NCBI RefSeq assembly: GCF_023055435.1
Contig: NW_025963902.1
Span: forward strand, 2,667,815-2,731,814
DNA: 64,000 nucleotides
Source: Haliotis rufescens
Lineage: Eukaryota
Direction: 5' to 3'
Part shown: in pieces, positions 13,668 to 24,569 of the stretch
Numbering within the stretch: the first letter of the stretch is position 1
Layout of the letters: every line of letters begins with the position of its first letter
The notes under the pieces: generated by a model
The model's input: the letters and a program-made list of their open reading frames with translations, nothing else
The model's database searches: none
Told to the model about the DNA's origin: nothing
Position numbers and translations under genes: made by a program

Positions 13668-14235
13668 ATGCTTCGCAGTGCGGGTGTTTACAGGCGTCGC
13701 GGGGAACGTTATGCACGAAACTGCATACAGGAAGTGGACAGGTTTGGAGGTGTTATTGTGATGATGGGGGCAGATATCTCCTACGCTTGTAGAACAGTCT
13801 TGGTGCTAGTTTTGGGTGAATTTAACGGCACAATGTTTCAGGGAAGAGATTCTTCGGCCACACGTCCTTCCGATTATGCGGCAAGCGAACGTCATTTTCC
13901 AACAAGACAACGCCCGACCTCACCCGGCAAGACTGACAACAGTTTTGTCCATGCATCACAAGATCCAGGTCCAGCCATGGCTCTCCTTGACTCCAGATTT
14001 TAACCCAATCGAACATTTATGGGACGCACTGGATCAACGACTGTGAGCACGTCAGCAACAACCACAGAACCCCGACAGTTGGCATAAGCACTGCAGACAG
14101 AGTGGGAGAACATTCCTCAGGCAACAATTCGGAATCTGATTGTTCCATGGGTACAACGATGCCAGTCAGTTTTAAACTCTGATGGTGGCCAAACAAGATA
14201 TTGATAAATAGATGACCTTCACCTTGAAAATCCAA
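13668..14235 (+). mobile_element. Tc1/mariner transposase fragment (frameshifted)
   Basis: ORFs 13668..14003 and 13816..14046 contain IFQQDNARPHPARLT ... SLTPDFNPIEHLWDALDQRL. Lies in intron 2 of the TSR gene. Confidence 0.6.
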
Positions 14236-15121
14236 AGCTCCATGTGTTCCACATGGAGCCTAGGTCAGTGACAATGATGTGTGTCAATTTTGAACAGTCG
14301 ATTACCATTTGTCGATTATTTATTTGATGTATAAACTGTACATCTAAATTCACTTTTCCGTTTCTTTTTTTGCAGGGTATATAATTCGAACATGTTTGTG
14401 AAGGGTGATATCAAAAGGAGAACGCTACAAACGAATTTGACAAAATGATGCTAGGTGGTGAAGTGAAGAAGGCTTAAGAAATTGAGCTAAATGTTATGAC
14501 CATTTTTTATCATTGTAATGGCTTTTTTGTCGCACTGTGTAATACAAATTATCTTTGTACTCTACCATGACAATGAAGAATGCTTGATTTTGCAAGAGAA
14601 ACATCTGTTTCTGTATTTTAGCCTTTTCACACAAAACACATGCGTATGAAAACATCGATAGCCTACATATTGATCCATAACAAATGGCTCAGATCACCGA
14701 TAAGAACTGTATACCGTATCGATATTAAATCTAATTTAATCTGTTCAGTCATACCCCCGTTCATTTGGTAATAACCACGTTGTACCAGCAGCCTCTTCCC
14801 AGTAAATATACAGGTTAATGTTGAACAACATCATAGATCGGGGTTGTCATCTTGCTTCGTGTGACAAATATTGTCAGAGGCACGGATCGAGGCAATCTGT
14901 TACCCATACAATGGGCGATGGCATATTCGATTTCCAAGAAATGACAACGAGTTGCGATGAATTTATAACACATGTCTTTGGGATCAGTTTGGAGGGTAAC
15001 ATCTTTTTGAAAAACTTTCTGTTTTGGACCCTTATTATGAACTACTCGAGAACATGTGCATTGTAATGTTTAACTCATATCATATTTTTTACTTTTATAA
15101 CTACCTGTGACCCCTTTTCGG

Positions 15122-15648
15122 AATGTTCTAAGACAATCTCATTAAAATCAGACCTTAGTTTTCGCTACCGCTAAACAAAGATCTGAGGACATCCCATTAA
15201 GGGTCACGTCAGAACGACCTCGCGAACTTTGACCGTTCAATGAAATGACTGACAAGAAATAGACATTAGCCAATCAGAAGGCAGCTTTCTCGAGCTTTAC
15301 GACACTAGTTTCAAACTGGCGACTACGCTTCGAAACATATTTTGACGTATTCTCGGTTAAACATTTTAAAACTGATAAAAAAAACCATTCTGGAATGGCT
15401 TATAGATGGCCTAGATTGTATGGATATAATCATAAAACCCGTAACTGTCGTTCCGAATACCCGCTGTTAAATATTTCGTGGTTACATGATCAGAAAACAC
15501 ATTCCGTCTGTCACTTTCATGATCTGGAAAGCGACGCTCTGATTGGTTGGATGAAAGGTCGTTCTGACGTGACCAATAATTGGATGTCCTCAGATCTTTG
15601 TTTAGCGATAGCGAGAACTAAGATCTGATTTTAATGAGATTGGTTCTA
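15122..15648 (-). mobile_element. MITE with roughly 110-bp TIRs (Mutator-like), copy X2, 9-bp TSD ttctaagac
   Basis: Same family as X1 in the opposite orientation. ttctaagac directly flanks both ends. Confidence 0.55.
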
Positions 15649-15834
15649 AGACAGCGGACCTTTTATGGTAGAATGGAGATAAACCTACTGTTTTGCAATT
15701 TGACGTAGTCCTCTCACTGGAGAGTAGACAGCGATCGGTTCCAAATTAAGATAAGAGGTATCTACTCGACAGTGAGACTACATCAAACTTCAAAACACAG
15801 TAGGTTCATCTCCTAAATGTCTCTTCCCTGGAGA

Positions 15835-16192
15835 CTGCCTCCGTGGTCTTGTGGTAGAGCGTCCGCCCGGAGAGCGGAAGGTCCAGGGTTCGATCCCCGG
15901 CCGTGTCATACCAAAAGACATTAAAAGATGGTACTTGTTGTTACCCTGTCTGGCGCTCGGCATTAAGGGGCTAAAACAAGGACTGGTCGGCTCGGAGTCA
16001 GTATACTGTGTCTGAGTGGGGTATTCATGTTAAACTGCGGCATGGTATCTCAGTGAGCTAGCACTATAAATCAGCATCAGTCCGGACTAGTACAAGCAGC
16101 CACACAAACACACACACGTACATGCACGTCGCTATATAAGTGCAATATTCTTGGACGCGACGTTAAAACCCATTTCACCTCACCTCACCTCT
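15835..16192 (+). mobile_element. SINE family D (tRNA-like head cgcctccgtggtctagtggtagagcgtccgcc..ggttcgatcccc; (cacct)n end), full copy
   Basis: About 360 bp with an internal (AC)n and a 3' end of cacctcacctcacctc. Confidence 0.6.
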
Positions 16193-16297
16193 TTCCTGGA
16201 AGGTTTCAGTTTAGTGTACAATTAGGTCGTAATGATGAAGGACAAATCTCACTTACAAACCGCTGACAGTATAATCATTATCGTACCATTTACTAAC

Positions 16298-16460
16298 AGT
16301 CGGGTAGCCTAGTGGTTAAGGCGTTCACTCGTCACGCCGAAGGCCTGGGTTCGATTCTTGATATGGGTATAATGTGTGAAGCCGATTTCTGGTGTCCCCC
16401 GCCGAGATATTGCTGGAATATTGCTCAAAGCGGCGTAAAACAATACTCAGTCAGTCAGTC
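16298..16460 (+). mobile_element. SINE family A (tRNA-derived head gggtagcctagtggttaagg..gggttcgattc; (AGTC)n/(GAGT)n tail), full copy
   Basis: A-box and B-box-like tRNA head, the shared central domain ttgctggaatattgctcaaagcggcgtaaaac, and a tetranucleotide tail. Lies just 3' of TSR exon 2. Confidence 0.6.
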
Positions 16461-16482
16461 CAAGGAAATCCCTAGATATTAC

Positions 16483-16704
16483 CATTCTTGGTGCACAAAT
16501 GGGTGCAGACCCTCGTGTCATTGCTGTTCCCCCGGAAGTTGCAGTCCTCAGCGCAATTACTCCGGCTCAGTGATGATATACAACAGGGTAATCTGCTCCT
16601 GGTTCGATTTCCACAGCCACAGCCTGTGCTACAGCCTCCCCATGAGAACCAGTTGGACCACGTGCAGTATCGGGGACAGTCACCAGAAGCAGCAGTTGTC
16701 TCTC
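16483..16704 (-). CDS. TSR/EGF-repeat membrane protein, exon 2 (TSR2)
   Basis: Acceptor gtgtttaccag|ga and donor aatg|gtaata. Phase 1 at both ends (symmetric), 222 nt. The open frame encodes CTWSNWFSWGGCSTGCGCGNRTRSRLPCC, a TSR consensus, then a Cys-rich segment. Matches the frame of track ORF 16472..16717. Confidence 0.55.
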
Positions 16705-16920
16705 CTGGTAAACACATGAATGCGAGGTTTGTTATGTCAACCTCATATCTTCCATAACAAGGCTAATCCTACTTACACTTGTTGCTGCTCAACCTACCAT
16801 TGTCCAAGCCCTGGTTTTGTTATTTACCCAACAAAGTGGAAACAAAAGCAGTGTGTGATAACCCATCTTCCTATGAATACAATGTTGTTAAATAATACAC
16901 ACATGGTATCTTTGGTTTTT

Positions 16921-17178
16921 TATTGTTGTTTTACGCTGCACTCAGCAATATTCCAGCTATATGACGGCGGTCTGTAAGTAATCGAGTCTGGACCAGACAA
17001 TCCAGTGATTAATATCATGAGCATCGATCCACGCAATATGGATCGAGGACAAGCCTCAACCAAGTCAGGGAGCCTGACCACCCGATCCCGTTAGTCGCCT
17101 TTTACGACAAGCATAGTCACCTTTCACGGCAAGCATGGGTTGCTGAAGACCTATTCTACCCCGGAATCTTCACGGGTT
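16921..17178 (-). mobile_element. SINE family C, full copy
   Basis: Matches the family-C body. Lies in TSR-gene intron 1. Confidence 0.55.
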
Positions 17179-18227
17179 GTATCTTTGGGGGATTTGGTTG
17201 TTGACTTTATTGAGTAACGAATTACAACACTACAACTAACCCATATGTTTTTAACAGAATAACGTCGCAGAAACCTTGCATTCTGGCACCTGTATGGTCA
17301 ATTGTGGCTTAACTGTCTTGTTTGTTTGTTTGTTTGTGTGTTGTTTAAACTGGTGACGTCAGCCGGAAGTCCGTCATGTTTTGTCTTGCCATGAACATGA
17401 TAAAGCATGGCCACAATACTGACGGTGCATTCTTGTTTTCTCGCGACTCAGGGTTGGCTGGACCAAAAAACTGGCAAAGTTCTATGCGAACATTTAAGAT
17501 AAATATGAAATAACTTTTGTCGTTGTAGAAATGACGAAATCTAGGCATCTTCGTGGGTCGCATTGATAATGTTAATGACGTTTTGATAAGCCACTTGCTT
17601 CGTATTCTGCGATTGTTTACGTAGTATCTCAACCTTTCATAGAGGAACAGAATCATGTCTTGAATAAAGACACAGTTTATACCACCAGAAGTATACAAGT
17701 CAGTGTTAGCAAAAGTTTAAATACGACCCCTTTGGGGGGCAGTCTTAATGTATCAGTCAAACTAATTCTTTTGCAGTTGTCTCAGCATAGTTAAATTACA
17801 CGCGATTAAACAGAATCATGAACCCAGTTCAAGTAAATGTTAAACGCCAACACCTGAGATTGTCCGTCGAAACAGATTCCACTTGGACTAATGGCCATAA
17901 TAACGGTGACAAGTTAATGAATGGATCACTGAAAAACAGTGATAGCACCAAGTGTTCGCGAAAAATGTAAGCATATCCTACCCCACCGATAGCATTCGCC
18001 AGTCCCACAATTTGCGTAAAAATGTATGTGTTTGTTGCCGGACATCAGACTATTTGTAATGGAATCGTGAACGATTTCTTTTCATGATGCTATTCACATA
18101 TTATTTGTATCTGTGTTCTGCATGAACTTCTGCGAAACTTCAGTTAGAACTGTTCCCATGTGCAATCTTTAAATGGAATGGATAACATTATCATGATTAC
18201 ATGTTTTGGACATTCAAGGCTAACTCG

Positions 18228-18509
18228 GGGGAACGGGGGGCCGAGTAGTCTAAGGCGCCGCGATTGGCTGTGCAGAGCTGCGTCCCTTGGGCACGCCAGA
18301 AACCTATGATTGTGGGTTCGAATCCCGGTTCGCCCCGTTTATATTTCTAAGTTTGTCAGCACCGTACCCGCCCTCGTGGGTTTCACCGAAGTGGTAAACG
18401 TCTGAGACCTGCATCACTTCGGGCTTTCCTCACATATTAAGCTGACACGCCGCGATAGAACTTGAATACTGTTAAAAGCGGCGTAAAACCAAACTCACTC
18501 ACTCACTCA
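18228..18509 (+). mobile_element. SINE family B, full copy
   Basis: Reverse complement of the 12110 copy. Tail (cact)n. A diverged B-related fragment follows at about 18530..18700. Confidence 0.6.
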
Positions 18510-18831
18510 AGACTAGCTCAATATTCTAACTTTATGGTATGAGTGAGTTTGGTCTGACGCCCATATTAATTAGCTTTATGGGATAGGATGAGTATGGCCA
18601 ACGATCTTGGATATGAAACCGGAATTTGAACCATGCATGCTATGAGGTTTCCTCTGCACAAGGAAATGCGGAGCCTCAGACGACTGGGCCAATCATTCCT
18701 CACATGAAGAAATTAATGACATATCTTTGACATAACATTGATATAAAATTGACATTTCATCCAATACCAGCACGCGAATGAGATGTTTGGCAAACCCAGT
18801 GACAAAACAAATATTAATAAAATACACATGC

Positions 18832-19147
18832 CTCGTTCACAACAGTTTCCATATCTGAGAGGAGGACAGTGACAGTAGCCATCGATGAAGCTTCCACCAT
18901 TAGGGCAGTGTGTCTCACAATATTCCGTCTCCACGGACGTGTTTGGTCGTTTGCAGATACCGATACAGTCTGGAACATGAACTCCACAGCACATCTTCCG
19001 TGTTCTGGTTCTGACCCCAGCACATGTTCTGGTACAGGAGCTCCACACACCCCAGGACTCCCACTCACAGGTTTGAAGCCCGGGTTCACACACACAGTCC
19101 ACCACCAGAGGCAGCACCACGGCGAGGTACACCTTCAGGAGAGTCAT
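18832..19147 (-). CDS. TSR/EGF-repeat type-I membrane protein, exon 1 (signal peptide + TSR1 + EGF-like Cys module)
   Basis: Minus-strand ORF (track 18713..19189) read from an internal ATG gives MTLLKVYLAVVLPLVVDC (signal peptide) then CEWESWGVWSSCTRTCAGVRTRTRKMCCG, which fits the thrombospondin type-1 consensus WxxWxxWSxCSxTCGxGxxxRxRxC, followed by a Cys-rich EGF-like segment. The 3' boundary is uncertain: a GC donor after ..CCER g gives phase 1, matching the next exon; alternative GT donors 4-6 nt downstream would give phase 2. An acceptor-like tttttcag sits about 40 nt upstream of the ATG, suggesting a 5'UTR exon boundary. Confidence 0.5.
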
Positions 19148-20865
19148 GTCAGCAGTGTGACTGAACCCAGTATCCTGCGATGGCAACACTTTCCTGAAAA
19201 ATAGGAAAACAGTGTTATCTCATTGTTTATTCAAATGCGATTGCCGTCGCTGCATGACTGATGCGTGATGTTTGTGTTTATGGCCTTCTGCAGATAAATG
19301 AGTATAATTGAATAATTGGTTAAACAAAACTATTTAAAAACTCTGTTTGATCATACTTTTTATAATATCGCAATCAGATATTACATTTTATTCTCAAAGG
19401 TAAAAGAGTGTGAGTGAGTTAATATTTTAAGTCACGTCAGCAATATTTCAGCCATTTGGTGACTAGACAAGATAATGCGTTTGATGTTATAAAGCGTACC
19501 GTCAAAGGAAGTAAAACAAGAAAACAGCGTTATCATTAACCCGACGTAAGGAGAACAAAATTTAGTTCTAATTCGTCCCGCAAACGAAGTTCAGCTGTTT
19601 CTGAGAAAACTTGCCCCTATTGCAAAATAACATGGATCGAAGGCCGTAACTCAGTAAACAATTAATTGACGGGACCAATTTTGGAACTCAGTCTTGACAA
19701 GTATCTCTTGACAAAACACAAGTTCAAAATCACGGAGCAAGGGCTTTTTCCCTGTACAAATTTAATTTACGACTGCTGACAAGTTTAGCCGATAATTAAG
19801 ACATACCAAATTATATTGCGATTAAAAACGTGGTAGCCATAAAAATACTGGCAATGACGTATGGGATAAAGCACGCCTCCGAGGTTTGGGTTGAAAATAT
19901 TTAAAAAAACGCCAGTGAGGGAGAGCTTTCCCCGAGGTCAAGGTTTTACATTTCCAACCAAAACCGAGGAGGCGTGTTTTATCCAACTTATGAACCGACT
20001 AAATGCAAGAAAAACACAGAAAAAAAGAAAACATTGAAATACCTTACAGTGAAACAATACAGTGTATCGCAGTATAAAAGGAATTTGCTCAAAGCGTGCG
20101 AGAGAAAAACCACGTGCAGCATGGACTAGCTGGAGTCATGACATGATGAACTTGACAACTTCTGATCACCTGCCCTGGTAGCTCAGTGATAAACAGTGGT
20201 TACAAAACTTAACACGATATGAGGTTTCAGGTTTGATTCAAGTCATGGAATTGTTCACATTAAAACAACTTTGGCTTTTAACCAATCATCAAACACAATT
20301 GTGTTCACATCAAGAGTAAAGTTAACAAAACGTTAATTGTGAAATCTAGGTATTTCAATTGAAATGTATTCATCAGGTCACGTGAATTACTCCGGAACGC
20401 TTTTTGGCATTGTTGGTATTGCCTTCCTTGTAAGGTTATCAACATTTAGAAGAACTTTCTGTTACTGTTGTGTGACGTCATCAGAGGTTTATAAGTGGTC
20501 TTATGTGCCCTCTCGGGGGCAATGGTTTTACGATTCTTCAACCCCTATCGAGGAATCGGCCTCTTTAACCTTAGTTACTGATTTCTTCTTCCAAATTAAA
20601 ACGCATTCAATTTATACAAAACAATATTAAAATTTGTGAATAAATTCATGTTTTTAAAAATAATAATAATAAACAATTAAAAGAATGTTTGTATTTCTAA
20701 AAAGATCCATCAATGAAGATGCTTTGAAAACATTATCACTTGTGTTGGCAAAATCAACAGTCAAGCAGGACATTTGTGACCGTGATTCGTTCATCACAAG
20801 GGATACAAAATTGAGGATAATAACCTTTCAATAAATAATCATGTAAAATCGTCCTCTTTACATCT

Positions 20866-21095
20866 GGACTGGACCCAGGAAGAACCTGGATAGAATAGCT
20901 CTTCACCAACCCATGCTTGCCGTAAAAGTGAGTGAGTGAGTTGGGCTTAACGCCGCTTTTAACAATATTCCAGTTATATCGCGGCGTGTCAGCTTAATGT
21001 GGGAGGAAAGCCCGAAGTGATGCAGGTCTCCGACGTTAGCCACTTAGCTGGAATATTGCTGAGTGCGGCGTTAAACAACAAAACAACCAACCAAC
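20866..21095 (+). mobile_element. Chimeric SINE: family C head and tail flanking an inverted family B tail segment
   Basis: C head through ccgtaaaag, then the reverse complement of the B 3' 115 bp (gagtgagtgagttgggcttaacgccgc...), then C resumes at agctggaatattgctgagtgcggcg. Confidence 0.5.
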
Positions 21096-22095
21096 ATCTG
21101 GACTGACAGCCTAAGTAGGAGTAACAAGGTAAAAGACGATGAACGTTTTGCACTTTTCAATAAATTCCACTCAACCAGATGTCGCGTTTTCTGCAATAAA
21201 ATAAAGAATATTCGGTAGAAACTGCTTTTAATGTTCTCTAAAAAAAGGCAGATATCCAATCCCATACCATTGCAAGTCCAAGAAGTCTTTGGAAGTGCAG
21301 GGTTAAGATAAAGCGATACGGCCCTTTCCTTCTCTGCCAAAATCTCTACCAGGTGTTCGCGAAAAGGTGAACGTATCTTGCCCCACCGATGACACCCGTC
21401 ACAAACACATGCAAAGGCAAATTAATTGTTCACCTGGAAAAACACGGGAACATAAGGCACAAGTCAATCACGCCAAGGGAAAATGATAGATGACGTGCCA
21501 TGGGAACGATCGCAACCTGACGTCGCACTTCAAAGAAACGTTCACGGGAACACCATATGACACTTATGGCGACAGAATACCCACGTCAGAGACCGTTTCC
21601 AGGTAGTGGCCACCAACCCCTGATAATCCCTCGCCAAGACATATGGATTCGAAATATTGTAAAATATTAGTATGAAGATTATCATGCACGTTCTAATGGC
21701 TGACATTTAGCCAAAATCTTAAAATCTAAATATGAGCAAGAGCAATTGTTGGCGACGTCATAAATACAACTTGCTTTTCGCTGTTCTGTAACCAGGACAT
21801 ATACTCTTTCAGTAAAGAAACGCAAATCCAGATTTGTGTGAGGTAGGAAAATGCATCTATACGAGGAACCGTACAAAGTATTGAGCCAAAATGCTGTGGA
21901 GAGAACACTTGGTGATTGTAGTCATCTCAGTTATGGGAACATAGGTAAAGTCCAGGGTGAAGGCTAGCTACCATCAATAACGCTTATGTCCCCCGTTGGG
22001 ATCGAAAGCGGCCTGACGTCTCCTGGAAGAGACGTGTATGAGGATCACATCCTGGTGATGGTAGCCCACTCGGCCTGCGACGCAAAAGCCAACTG

Positions 22096-23040
22096 CTACA
22101 ACGTCTTGGGTTGTGGTTGACGTCGGCGTAGCCGTCTATCCAATTCATCCCACTGGTGCTCTATCGGGTTCAAATCCGGGGATCTGGAGGTCCAGGGGAG
22201 AACCTTAACGTTGTTTTTGTGTAGACAGGCTCTTGTGATCCTTGCTGTATGCGGTCGAGCGTTGTCTTGCTGGAATACACCGTTGCCGTTGGCTGCAATT
22301 GGAAGGACGTGTGGTAGGAGAATTTCGTTGCTGTGTCGTTGAGTCGTAAGATTACTCTGGATATTGATTAAACCTGTCCTGCCATGATGAGAGATATCCG
22401 CCCACATCATAACGCTACCCCTACAAAACCTGTCCACTTCCTGTATGCAGTTTCCGGCGTAACGTTCTCCCTGACGTCTGTACACCCGTTCTCTACCATC
22501 CCCTCGACGAAGGAGAAATCGTCGCTGAACCAGACATCTCTCCATCGAAGTTGAGGCCATACCCTGTGTTGACGACATCAATGCAGTCGTTGGTGACGAT
22601 GTTGTGGACTCAATATGACGCATCGAACAGGACGTCTCGCTCGTAGACCTGCTGCTCTATAAGGTTTCTTACGGACTGCTCGGATATTCTGCGCAGTCCG
22701 GGTATTTGGGATGCGGTTGAAGTTGTTGTGATCGTCCTTTCACGTAGGTGGCGCAGTCGGATGTAGCGATCTTGGACGGGGGTGGTTACTCTTGGTCCTC
22801 CCGACCTTGGCCGATCACGTGTTAACCCATGCTGTTAAAACCGATCCCATAGCCTTGTGATGGTGCTGGGCGTTATATTGAAAACCTTGGCTACAGCTGA
22901 TCGTGATTCCCCTGCCTGTAAGCGGCCTATGACGTTGTTTCGTTGCACTTTTGTTAATCTTGGCATGTTGTTGAACTGTCACTGTTCGATCGACGCCGAT
23001 GCCAGGCAATAAAAAAACCCTGCACTTTAATACCGTTCAT
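22096..23040 (-). mobile_element. Tc1/mariner-family transposase relic (pseudogene)
   Basis: Track ORF 22096..22623(-) contains FQQDNARPHTAR ... WTSRSPDLNPIEHQWDELDRRL, the DD34E catalytic C-terminus of Tc1-like transposases. Upstream frames carry fragmented N-terminal DNA-binding region with frameshifts. Confidence 0.65.
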
Positions 23041-23207
23041 TGTGAGCTGCACGTGGTGTACGTGCAGCTCCAAGGCCCTTTTGTAAATACACTTGGTGCC
23101 GGTTTTTTTCCGAATCGCACGTATTTCCCGACTGTGGTTTCCCTCTGACGACGCCATTCCCAAACTGACTGTAACGTTGCAATGGACATCCTTTGCTTAC
23201 TGTGTGG

Positions 23208-23375
23208 GACACGGGGGGCCCAGTCGTCTAAGGCGCCGCGATTTGCTGTGCAGAGTTGCCCTCCCTTGAACCGAGATTCGAACCCACAATCACAGGTTTC
23301 TGGCGTGCCCAAGGGAGGGCAACTCTGCACAGCGAATCGCGGCGCCTTAGACGACTGGGCCACCCGTGCCCCCCG
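23208..23375. mobile_element. SINE B head in snap-back (palindromic) configuration
   Basis: Arms 23212..23268 and 23310..23366 are near-perfect reverse complements of about 55 bp. Track ORFs on both strands (23037..23384 - and 23182..23394 +) share the peptide GAQSSKAPRFAVQSCPPL. Confidence 0.6.
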
Positions 23376-23545
23376 CAACATCATGAATGAATAATAAAAA
23401 ATATAACATATATATAATCAAATCAAGAATATATCAAAATATCAATAATGAAGCTTGCTTTGGTATTGGTATCATTAGCGTAGCCAGCTTTGATTCTTTC
23501 TCCGTCTATGAACGTCAGTCATTTTGTAGATAAACTATTAGAATG

Positions 23546-23686
23546 CCAATGTGGGAGGAAAGCCCGAAGTGATGCAGGTGTCAGACGTTTACCACTTCGG
23601 GCTTTCCTCCCACATTAAGCTGACACGCCGCGATATAACTGGAATATTGTTAAAAGTGGCGTTAAATCCAACTCACTCACTCACTT
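23546..23686. mobile_element. SINE B tail fragment with an orientation switch at its internal hairpin
   Basis: Starts in minus orientation (aatgtgggaggaaagcccgaagtgatgcagg..gtttacc), then continues in plus orientation from cacttcgggctttcctccc to the (cact)n tail. Confidence 0.45.
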
Positions 23687-24140
23687 CATTTTGTTTTTCG
23701 AATGCTCATAGCAACACCAAAAAAACACAGGCATTTTCTTTAAGGACCATTATGAGTTCTTTATGCTATTTTACAAACAAGTGCTTAAATAATATTTTCT
23801 AAAGAAAAAAAATCGTGAAAGAACTGTTTGCTCTTTTTGTCCAGTTTGAGCTAGAATTCATCCGTTCATCAATCCACCTGTACGTCCGTCCGTTAGCAAT
23901 GAACAGCAGCTTATTCTATTCCATCACTGCAGTGCACATATCACTCTTTAACAACATACTGCATATGTCCCTGAGAACAAGAAGGGATCTAAAAGTGATC
24001 GATAACAGAGCAAAGTTGCAGATGACACAGATGAATAACACATTGTTCACACCGTCCCTGTCTGCTTTGAAACTATTTCTTGTTTTGAGACATTCCAAGA
24101 ATGTGTACTATAAGATCGTATCTTTAATACAGTATTGGTG

Positions 24141-24262
24141 GACGGATAGCCAAGTGGTTAAAGCTTCACGCCGAAGGCCTGTGTTCGATTCTCCACACAG
24201 GTATAATGTGTGAAGCCAATTTCCAACGCTGTTATTTCACCAGGGTATTGCTAAAATCTGTA
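24141..24262 (+). mobile_element. SINE family A, 3'-truncated copy
   Basis: Head gacggatagccaagtggttaaagcttcacgccgaaggcctgtgttcgattc matches family A. Confidence 0.45.
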
Positions 24263-24569
24263 ATATGGTTTTCAATATAATGACTTGCTTCATCATTAAG
24301 TATTGGATGTCTTATAATCCCTATTGGTGTTGTACTTAACAATCGCAGCACCTTGCTTCATACTAGAAACATACATCCCATGTCATTATCGACTAGCTAT
24401 ATGCTTCGAAGCTGAATCATGAAGTTCGGAACAGCGATGATCTGTTGTAACCAAACCTCTCGTTGATATTAATATAGCATGAAAACAAACAAACCCTCAT
24501 CCCACGTCTCCAAAACCTCTTCATCCTTTCTGAGCCTTCTGTCCAACCCTTCCCTCCTCACCTGATACC

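Noticed and set aside
16298-16375. tRNA-like sequences with A and B boxes (also 12290-12369, 15835-15910, 18228-18305, 27700-27802, 47527-47640)
   Set aside because: They sit at the heads of multi-copy SINEs, followed by SINE bodies and tails, or are truncated. No clean cloverleaf with a canonical acceptor stem plus CCA-less terminus stood out. Treated as SINE-derived, not tRNA genes. The 47527-47640 minus-strand element with ggttcgaatcccgg could be a tRNA pseudogene, but it has an aberrant long insert.
18814-19204. Overlapping ORFs 18814..19095(-) and 18869..19204(+)
   Set aside because: Alternative frames and antisense of TSR exon 1. Only the frame with the TSR motif and signal peptide is meaningful.
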